Below, piece by piece: positions 47,901-55,030 of a DNA stretch of 64,000 bases (the first letter of the stretch is position 1; each line of letters begins with the position of its first letter). This stretch comes from a virus. The notes below the pieces were generated by a model that made no database searches, was not told where the DNA came from, and saw only the letters and a program-made list of their open reading frames with translations. The translations under genes and the position numbers were made by a program. The stretch lies in the IMG/VR virus record IMGVR_UViG_3300025676_000013; one strand, given 5' to 3'.

Positions 47901-50900
47901 GAATGTGTGAGTATAACTTTCAGCGTGAACCGTATCACTCTGAACAACAACAATTGGTGTTCCAGGATTCGCTTGAGCCATCGCAACTTGACTCGGAGTT
48001 AATATAGCCTCGTGACTATGATTTGCTCCATTGATTGCATTAGGAGTTATTGTGAAGTGTGCAGAAAGTCCATCAGGATTTTCTTCTAGTGAAAAGAGAT
48101 GACCAGTAGTACCAGCCCAACTCGTACTCCAATCTCCGAATATGTATTTGCCTTGAAGTCCAGTTAAGTCACTTCCCCTATAGATGAATCCACCTAAGAT
48201 AGAAATACCAGTTCCGTGACTGTACTCGTGAATAGGTGATTTTAAATCAAGAAGAAATGCTTGAGTATTTGCATAGCCTTGGTCTAATGCCATTTGGTCA
48301 ATAGTTGCTTGGTCTTCTTCAAAGTAATGATATGCTTCCATTACTCTCCAACCATAGTTGCCGCCCTTTTCGATAATGTTTACTTCTTCAAATTTATTTT
48401 GTCCAACATCAGCCGCCCATAGTTTACCATCTGGAGCAAAAGAGAATCTCCAAGGATTTCTTAATCCGTATGCCCATATCTCTTCTCTAAACATTGCACC
48501 CGCAGTACCGTGTGGTTTTGCATTTACACCAGTGAAGGGGTTATCGGAAGGTATGGAATAAGGTTTATTATTAACTGTGTCTGGTGCGACATCAATTCTA
48601 AGAATTGTGCCCAATATGTTAGTAGGGTTCTGTGCATTACCATATACTCCGTGTCCGCCGTGACCGCTAGAACTCGAAGTATCTCCCGCATTTCCGCCGT
48701 CACCGAATCCGATATAGAGATAACCATCTGGGCCAAATACTAATTGACCACCGTTATGATTCATATCAGGTTGTGGCTGTGTGATTAAAATTCGTTCAGT
48801 AGTAATATCAACTGTCTCTGCCGCAACGTCAGCCGTGAACTCAGCAATGATTGAAGTTGAAAGAGGATATCCGTATGAGCCAGTAGATGGACCTTGCTCT
48901 GTCATATAATAGACATACAAGAGTCCGTTTGTTGCGTAATCTGGATGGAATGCAAGTCCTAGAGCGCCACGTTCATCATATGCACCGAATGGCCCGACTC
49001 CGATAGTCAGATTAAGAGAAGTGTAGTCGAAAAATAATGATTTGACACCAGACGTAGTATCCATCAAGTGAATGATTCCAGATTGGTCTACAATACAGAT
49101 TTTATCTGGGTCCATCGGATACGCTACAATAGTCGCAATGTCTGTGCCTGTACCCATCTTAACATCCCCTAGTAAATCTCCAGTATCACCAGAGCCAGGA
49201 ACTTGTTGAATATAGTTAGATGAATATAATTCTACCCAGTCTACATTAGGTACTAGCGTAGCAGGGAAAGTCTGTGCGTGTTGGAATGTAAATGATGCTT
49301 CACCAATTGCAGTAGCAACCGTGGCATCATCAAGTTCATTGAATACATTCTGTCCGAGATTCATTGTGTTACCAGAATAATCAACACCGTCAATTAAACT
49401 AGGGTCAACCACAAGTTCTGGTTTATAGTTATAACATATCCACGTAGTAACTGGCGTATATCTAAATCCGTGCGTACAAGGATTACCCATAAAGTCAGTA
49501 TTCATTTCCCAGTCTGATTCGTATGTGACTAGGTACTCGTGATAATGTGCAGAGGTAATTCCATTTGAATCGGCTACCGTACCGCCTTGGAAGACGCCAT
49601 TTTCATCTGTCTCAGGGACCCCGTTGGTAGTTATTCCGATACTATCGTAAAGAGTTACGTCTGTGATATCTCCGTCAATTAATTTTCTTGCATCGGCTCT
49701 TGATAGAGGGTCAGATACACGACCACGTTGTCTGTCTACAATTTGACCATCTACAAATCTATGAACGTGACCCGTTGCTTCAGGCAAGAATGCAGTCGTA
49801 TGAACATCTGCAAGGAATTCTGGAATTTCAAAAGCATCAGAATTCATTAATGCTCTTGCTTGAGAATAACTTAGTCCGTGAGCCGTTGCTTCTTTTCCGT
49901 GAACCATTAAATTAGGTATTGCACTTCCATCAAAACTATGAACGTGAAACGCTGCCGCTCCAACACTCATCAATGGAAGTTCAAGTCCTTTAGTAAGACT
50001 TGTAGATACTAGTGGTGCGAAACCATTCTTTCTTCCGTGGGAATGGATTACATTAGGGTTATCAAACGCCTGTATCTGAACCGCATCAATAACGTCATTT
50101 GTATTCCCGTATACTTTTTTAACTAGTGTGTCTTCTCGACCACTCTCGAATGCGCCGTAACTCTTTTCAGGAGCGTATTCGGCTTCTTGCATAAACGATT
50201 CAACCCATTCAACAACTCTAGAAAGATGTTTGAATACGGACAATTCATAAACGTCACAAGAAATCATTCTACCGTCTGTGGTATTCTCTAGATTATCCTC
50301 AATGCCTAATTCAGTAACAGAAGGTGGGAACTCTTCAATAGGTAGAACTCGGAGAAGATTAGTAAATTCAAATACAACCTTCTCAGGCCAAGCATTAATC
50401 TGGTTCTTGATTTCATCACGGAGAATATTAATTTGATAGAGTTTCTCTGTAAGTTTGGTACCAATAGTCTTGATTTCATTTTTATCAGTTACTATATCAA
50501 CCCCTACGTGTTCACCAGGAGCACCCCAATTATCAGGAGTTACTAAGGCAGCCCTTGAATCGAGATTACCCATCATTTCAATGATATATTCGTCAAAGCC
50601 TTTCTCAATGAAGACTCCAAATCCAGTATGAGCCCTTCCGACTGAACCGTGTTGTTCGCTCTCTTGGTCCCAGATATCAACCGCGACATCAAGATAAGAG
50701 AATATCGCAATAATCATCTTGACGTAATCGGTAGGTAATTCGATTACCAAATCAACTGTAGACCTAAACGAGAACTCAGCAAATAATTTCAGTCCAACAG
50801 GGTGAACTAGTTTTTTAAGAACTTCTCTATACGACTGAATAGGTACATCACTTCGGATAACATAAGAGAAATCTTGGTAGTAGTCATTATCTTGGAGTTT

Positions 50901-52271
50901 TCTGTCAGAAGACAGGAAGCCGCCAGAGTCAAGCCAGTAACCATTTGTTTTCCAAACGGCCGTCTTGACATTAGGTTGAGTCTCGATATTAACAAGAGCA
51001 TCACACTCTTCTCGTGTCAAAGGAGGACTACTTACATTTAATAGTATATTGTGTTCTACGTCTTGAAGGGTCTTAGTAATATCGACTACTGGGTACCACG
51101 AAAGAAACGCACTCTCTCCGAAATAGGGGCTCGCCTTGTCTAACCCATCCGGGTGCAACGCCGCCACACAATCAACCTCAGTAGTAAACGTATGAAGAAC
51201 TGGCCAATCCGTAGAGATACTACAGAATGATTGGCTCGGGTTTTCCCAATAGTTGTTCGCCGCCACGTTAAATAATTTCTCACCTAACTCAAACTCACCA
51301 GTTACTTCTAATAGGTTAAGTTTTGTCCAGTCAGTATCAGTACCATCAATGGTTGCTGTAGCACCAGAGGTTAATCCTTTTATTAGTGAACCACCCTCTC
51401 TGTGTACCCCTGCCGCGTGTAGGTAATGAACTTCATTTGGATGTCCACTAATATTAATCCATTTATCTGTCCATTTGTGCCCATTGACAATACATTCACC
51501 CTCTGTCCGAATACCGTCAGAGATGATTAGTGCTTTATAGGGTATAGTGCCAGATGTACCAACGTCTTCCCAGATTTCTTCGTCTTTAATGAATACGCCA
51601 TTTACTTCGGTTAATAGGAGTCGCTCGTAGTCTGTAGTAGAGACTGATTCGTCCATATCCACGAAAGCCGTTGCGCCGCTAATTTGGCCACGGATTTTTT
51701 TGTTGTAGATAGACCGTACCGTCTCGGCCACGTGTGAGTTATTCGTGTTGCCGAAATAGGGCGATGCAGAATCTAGTGTGGCTTGGTCAGTTAGTACCGT
51801 AATCCATTGTGGCTCATACCATACACTGCCAGACGCCTTCATCATCCATTGCTTTGGATACATCGTATCAACGTCTGTATTAAAGTCTCGTCTGAATAGA
51901 AACTCTAGGGCAGAAGTAGTACCTTTCTGTCTATAGACAGGTTGGATATTCTTAGCAAGGAAGGACTTGTCAGTAGTCTCTACTGTTGGGTCTATTGAGG
52001 TGTGTGGTGTACCGTGGAGATACTTAGCCTCGAATTCTGGTATGAAATTATCTAGTGCGTGGTCAACATCAATGTTCTGAATCAAATCAGTTATTTGATT
52101 GTACTCGCCTAGTTCCCCATTAACACCAGTCTCTCGTTCCAAGTATTCAAAATACTTGCGAAGGAAAGTGATGAACATAGGATGGTCTTCCCGTACATAG
52201 TCGGGCACCATTCTCTCAACAAAGACCGATAGGAACTTAGCAGGAGATTTAGTAAATTTATCGTTAGCCAT
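45000..52271 (-). CDS. gp7: Baseplate wedge initiator gp7-like protein with inserted GSDH beta-propeller and His-rich repeats (2423 aa)
   Basis: N-terminal PDYVREDHPMFITFLRKYFEYLE, YRQKGTTSALEFLFR, KLQDNDYYQDFSYVIRS...KKLVHPVG; between gp6 and gp8. Confidence 0.85.
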   Translation of the reverse strand: MANDKFTKSPAKFLSVFVERMVPDYVREDHPMFITFLRKYFEYLERETGVNGELGEYNQITDLIQNIDVDHALDNFIPEFEAKYLHGTPHTSIDPTVETTDKSFLAKNIQPVYRQKGTTSALEFLFRRDFNTDVDTMYPKQWMMKASGSVWYEPQWITVLTDQATLDSASPYFGNTNNSHVAETVRSIYNKKIRGQISGATAFVDMDESVSTTDYERLLLTEVNGVFIKDEEIWEDVGTSGTIPYKALIISDGIRTEGECIVNGHKWTDKWINISGHPNEVHYLHAAGVHREGGSLIKGLTSGATATIDGTDTDWTKLNLLEVTGEFELGEKLFNVAANNYWENPSQSFCSISTDWPVLHTFTTEVDCVAALHPDGLDKASPYFGESAFLSWYPVVDITKTLQDVEHNILLNVSSPPLTREECDALVNIETQPNVKTAVWKTNGYWLDSGGFLSSDRKLQDNDYYQDFSYVIRSDVPIQSYREVLKKLVHPVGLKLFAEFSFRSTVDLVIELPTDYVKMIIAIFSYLDVAVDIWDQESEQHGSVGRAHTGFGVFIEKGFDEYIIEMMGNLDSRAALVTPDNWGAPGEHVGVDIVTDKNEIKTIGTKLTEKLYQINILRDEIKNQINAWPEKVVFEFTNLLRVLPIEEFPPSVTELGIEDNLENTTDGRMISCDVYELSVFKHLSRVVEWVESFMQEAEYAPEKSYGAFESGREDTLVKKVYGNTNDVIDAVQIQAFDNPNVIHSHGRKNGFAPLVSTSLTKGLELPLMSVGAAAFHVHSFDGSAIPNLMVHGKEATAHGLSYSQARALMNSDAFEIPEFLADVHTTAFLPEATGHVHRFVDGQIVDRQRGRVSDPLSRADARKLIDGDITDVTLYDSIGITTNGVPETDENGVFQGGTVADSNGITSAHYHEYLVTYESDWEMNTDFMGNPCTHGFRYTPVTTWICYNYKPELVVDPSLIDGVDYSGNTMNLGQNVFNELDDATVATAIGEASFTFQHAQTFPATLVPNVDWVELYSSNYIQQVPGSGDTGDLLGDVKMGTGTDIATIVAYPMDPDKICIVDQSGIIHLMDTTSGVKSLFFDYTSLNLTIGVGPFGAYDERGALGLAFHPDYATNGLLYVYYMTEQGPSTGSYGYPLSTSIIAEFTADVAAETVDITTERILITQPQPDMNHNGGQLVFGPDGYLYIGFGDGGNAGDTSSSSGHGGHGVYGNAQNPTNILGTILRIDVAPDTVNNKPYSIPSDNPFTGVNAKPHGTAGAMFREEIWAYGLRNPWRFSFAPDGKLWAADVGQNKFEEVNIIEKGGNYGWRVMEAYHYFEEDQATIDQMALDQGYANTQAFLLDLKSPIHEYSHGTGISILGGFIYRGSDLTGLQGKYIFGDWSTSWAGTTGHLFSLEENPDGLSAHFTITPNAINGANHSHEAILTPSQVAMAQANPGTPIVVVQSDTVHAESYTHTFSIIWNAAFNTWNLIAQTNMENHDVFTFIEYNGDVGYTRKNLSFWDPATSVLNLTTHDQSILTLGEDTNGELYMATRIGIDSYQGTGPQNCDIYKLTDTYDSSTETGASSQIPASETAHVHGYKVVYDINTELFSATEISDIEMTDWDAFFPIWTYNTPVSHLHPVITSWTGIVDENILLGSSAGWHLNPLTLVWEPYDTGSDTPYLAVDDDDDDGTFYIETAPVVEILGANEYGENAHIHYFNSETLDTFGANDGRTAVPITRIQAEELANGVVNAFYVYSSIEDSGQHQHYHVYKIMWNLSTQQFVADEMAEMWDENGTGEWEAVDTHLRTHEHTLLVNGITTHLGWNGTPLYTAPDVTLSNAHDWHKLEGSEPDHLHAFNGTTLDTLGTHTGRQALPLDDNQATDLINGEVTEVKTYTSISGGDHYHGITITYDPNTLSFVALDTEKWESSDGHQFYSADPRSHAHPTNISNLFSRPGYNEMMEILPTFASPGYPYPGGSHPHFHNDTVVGPFAEGALTGQISYAHGMTIDQGMQLIDGVVDSVTIYDSIEGAHFHEYRIKWDTNYNIFYADWSVTWIKGGIEDSLQDPTKYYVSVVENAAEGLHWHNLTIDWNPNLVAIPQQTGGSIYITKTTSTDEVLSAAPSVVVTQASTELLPVTTTYPDTPATGDTTIIVTYSDLITTTTTSTVQITTTTTDIIYYSDYGTETSVGDPVITSEVTTSQTTSEVEDLTERKTYVNNVLQANNPPIVQMQPSFIAGIGSHDHLLYDGCSLDSAGVNVGRTCEPITLAQANDLINAQNANYGIIFFDSPNGASSHYHGYTIKFNPNMGAKGTFVVAGISQWDIIPGTSTYVHKFSLTGGFHDHDYWISVADYTSLIGGTYVTTPQRDSTHAAVYTHELVLEWNGSTYNIISQTSDYDNHDTISYLGSVPIGGQWSQNTQGSGAGDHVHSTTVDDSNVWPVPA
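47610..49170 (-). other. Glucose/sorbosone dehydrogenase (PQQ-type/HHIP-like) six-bladed propeller domain inside gp7
   Basis: ERGALGLAFHPDY, NHNGGQLVFGPDGYLYIGFGDGG, IWAYGLRNPWRFSF, DVGQNKFEEVNIIEKGGNYGW, ISILGGFIYRG, GKYIFGDW, LGEDTNGELY. Confidence 0.88.
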
Positions 52272-52289
52272 TTGTTACTGTATCTCCGT

Positions 52290-54050
52290 TCAATTGATAC
52301 TCTGCATCGTTACACTACTAGTATTTAGTACGAGTAGATTACTTCGGATTGCCGTAATATCATTTGATTGCGGAGTAGCGTACAAACTTATTACTGAATT
52401 AGTGTCTAACACGGGTCTAAATCCAATTAACTCTATGATTCCATTGGTATAGTCGATGGTACCTTGCTCTGTATTGAGGAATTGCTCATTAACAATGTCG
52501 TATAATAGAATATTGCCTTGGCCATCGTCTAATAGAGCATACTGGGACCCCGTATCTGTATTACCGAATACACTTGACACGGCAGTACCAGGTGTGATAG
52601 CATTATCATACTTAAAGATATAGTTACCAACGGTATTGGATGCTTGAATAAAAAACTTCTTATAAAACTTGACAGACGTTAAATTATTTGATATACTTTC
52701 ATCAGCAATGTCAATAGTATTACCAAGGCGGGAATACCTCATTGTCACTTTAAATGCAGATATCTCTTCCTCAAAGAAGGCCTGAATGTCTGCTATTACT
52801 TTACTCTGTATCTCACCAGCACTCAAACTGGTTAAGACAGGGTTATACTTGACTGTGCTAATAACATCAATGTAGGTGTACTCTGGTGCTGTTATAATAG
52901 GGTTTATGGCTAACATATTGTATTTACTCAATATATCAGTCGTTAATTTTTGTTTGGTCAATGGTGACAACTCTAGGCCGTGCTTAGGCTTGATACAAAT
53001 GAATACTGCACCATACTGAGGAGGGTCATTATCTTCACCACCCCATACGGCTATTGAATCAATATTAGGATACTTCTCTATTAATATATTCTTATAGTCC
53101 TCTGCGGTCACTGCCCTATCTTGTCTCTCATAGGCTCTTGGTGCTGTAAGTTTAATGTTTTCAGTGGTCTCTGCACTCGCACCTAGAGAAGAGATGTCCA
53201 CAGTGTCCACCGTCACGTGGGAGTCGGTGTAGACGTTGGCTATAGTCGATTCAAGTGCGAACACTTGCTCATTAATAGTAGAGGTATAGTTACCTGGAGC
53301 ACCCACCGTAGATAGGTAAGTTACTTTAACTGATTGACCATCAAGAGGTATTTTGCCAAAGATGCCATTGCCGAAGTATATCTCACTAACTCCATCAAGG
53401 CCTTCCTGAACAAAGAATGAATTACTCGTAGGGGTCAATTCGCTTAATACTTTGTTGACTTCCCAAGGCTTGTCATTAACAAGCATAGTAATAGTAGAGC
53501 GGTCACAGGTAGCATCATTAATAAAGAAGGACTGGGCTTCCGCAGTAGCGTCATATGTCCATTCAAGGCCTTTTAATGTCCCTTGATGCAACTTAATTTC
53601 GCCAGCGAACTCTCCACCCTCGTCTGCAAACACATTAACAGTAGATAAATTGGTAAATGGAAGAGGTACACCAGTAATATTAGATACAAATTGAGTACCT
53701 TTCTCTACAATAATGTAACTTGGGTCATATCCAGTCGTATCAAACTCTAGTTTAACAATAGATTCAGCGGCTGTAACGCTCTTAGGTATATATCCAATGC
53801 TCTTAGCGTGACTCACAACACTATTTCGGAGCGTTGCGGTATCTAAAAATGCCTCATTGACTGCCATATTCGTATGGAAACCCATATAGTGTGTAGTGTA
53901 TGCCATTACATCCAGCATTACACTCATACCAGAGCCGTCAAAGTCATAGTCCAAGAACTCAGTCTGACCCTTCATAAAGGTCTTGATGTTCTTCTTAATG
54001 CCATCGAACTCTAGGTCCGATAAGTTTAATGCTTTCTTATTCTGTGCCAT
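52290..54050 (-). CDS. gp6: Baseplate wedge protein, T4 gp6-like
   Basis: LEFDGIKKNI, DYDFDGSGMSVMLDVMAYTTHY, FLDTATLRNSVVSHAK, IYFGNG, QDRAVTAEDY, VWGGEDNDPPQYG. Confidence 0.95.
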   Translation of the reverse strand: MAQNKKALNLSDLEFDGIKKNIKTFMKGQTEFLDYDFDGSGMSVMLDVMAYTTHYMGFHTNMAVNEAFLDTATLRNSVVSHAKSIGYIPKSVTAAESIVKLEFDTTGYDPSYIIVEKGTQFVSNITGVPLPFTNLSTVNVFADEGGEFAGEIKLHQGTLKGLEWTYDATAEAQSFFINDATCDRSTITMLVNDKPWEVNKVLSELTPTSNSFFVQEGLDGVSEIYFGNGIFGKIPLDGQSVKVTYLSTVGAPGNYTSTINEQVFALESTIANVYTDSHVTVDTVDISSLGASAETTENIKLTAPRAYERQDRAVTAEDYKNILIEKYPNIDSIAVWGGEDNDPPQYGAVFICIKPKHGLELSPLTKQKLTTDILSKYNMLAINPIITAPEYTYIDVISTVKYNPVLTSLSAGEIQSKVIADIQAFFEEEISAFKVTMRYSRLGNTIDIADESISNNLTSVKFYKKFFIQASNTVGNYIFKYDNAITPGTAVSSVFGNTDTGSQYALLDDGQGNILLYDIVNEQFLNTEQGTIDYTNGIIELIGFRPVLDTNSVISLYATPQSNDITAIRSNLLVLNTSSVTMQSIN

Positions 54051-54056
54051 CTCTTA

Positions 54057-54464
54057 CTACCTCAATCTATTTAAGAAGAAATCTAATTGTACTGGGGACC
54101 CTTCGTTGACTGGCGTATATGCTATAGTAACATCATAGCCATTCCTATCTTCATCAGCATTAACCTCAACTCCAATCAACTCTACACGTGGTTCAAATGT
54201 GTTAATGGCCTGCTTGATTGCGGCAGTCAGTATAACTCGTGTCTCTGTAATCATTGGTTCAAAGAGCGAATGGTAGATAGTAGAGCCGAACTCACTCTGG
54301 AATACCCTCTCACCTCTCTGAGTCTTAATAATATGTATGATGGACCCATTAATCGCATCAACGTCCGAACGACCAACGATATCATTGGTCAATGGATGTA
54401 CCAACATATCAAGGTCTAAGTCTCTGAACTTGCGTACTCTCGTTGTTCTAATGGGTTCTGGCAT
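54057..54464 (-). CDS. gp25: Baseplate wedge subunit, T4 gp25-like
   Basis: FRDLDL...HPLTNDI, IKTQRGERVFQSEFGS, INTFEPRVEL. Confidence 0.93.
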   Translation of the reverse strand: MPEPIRTTRVRKFRDLDLDMLVHPLTNDIVGRSDVDAINGSIIHIIKTQRGERVFQSEFGSTIYHSLFEPMITETRVILTAAIKQAINTFEPRVELIGVEVNADEDRNGYDVTIAYTPVNEGSPVQLDFFLNRLR

Positions 54465-54491
54465 AACGCTTGAATTCCTCTGTATATACTA

Positions 54492-54499
54492 TATTTATA
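54492..54499 (-). promoter_or_regulatory. Late promoter for gp25-gp6-gp7
   Basis: TATAAATA on the minus strand, 28 nt before the ATG. Confidence 0.8.
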
Positions 54500-54520
54500 C
54501 TGCGTGTCGAATAGGTTCGT

Positions 54521-54811
54521 CTAACCATTTGTAATGACATCTCCACTACCTGTTTGGTTACTCGAACCACAGTCAATCGCATCACCTATCCTTGCTAATG
54601 GCTTGGAGTTCACGAGGACGTTAGGACTACCTGATGCCTGGGCTGCTCCGTGTGGTACACAAACAGGACAACCGTGAGTCTGCCAAGGGTCTCCTACACG
54701 ATGGGCACCAAGGCTATTCACGAAAACATTGCCTGATGCTCCTGCATTCTCTCTAGGTGGATAACACCCGTGACCTGTGCAGATATCGGTTAATCGAACT
54801 GTACCTGGCAT
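54521..54811 (-). CDS. gp5.4: PAAR spike-tip protein, T4 gp5.4-like
   Basis: RLTDICTGHGCYPP, VFVNSLGAHRVGD, HGCPVCVPH, VLVNSKPLARIGD, CGS...GSGDV. Confidence 0.92.
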   Translation of the reverse strand: MPGTVRLTDICTGHGCYPPRENAGASGNVFVNSLGAHRVGDPWQTHGCPVCVPHGAAQASGSPNVLVNSKPLARIGDAIDCGSSNQTGSGDVITNG

Positions 54812-55029
54812 TAGGGTCTAAACCTCTTGAATTTGAGGGTATCTCTCACGCTATTCACAAAATTTCTCTTCGCTGTACCAATAAAACTTTTTTTTATTTC
54901 CGTGTTTTTAGCGTTTTCGGTGGTATTTGCGAAAAAAGTGGGGTTTTCAGGCTCTTTTGACCGAAAGATAGAGTCGTAATTGTCTCTATAGGCATCATTC
55001 ACGGGCTTTTGAGTCTCGTTAATAGTCAT
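54811..55029 (-). CDS. Small hypothetical protein (start re-assigned to 55029)
   Basis: ATG at 55029 directly after the TGA of the 769-aa gene; MTINETQKPVNDAYRDNYDSIF; stop overlaps the PAAR start. Confidence 0.55.
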   Translation of the reverse strand: MTINETQKPVNDAYRDNYDSIFRSKEPENPTFFANTTENAKNTEIKKSFIGTAKRNFVNSVRDTLKFKRFRP

Positions 55030-55030
55030 A

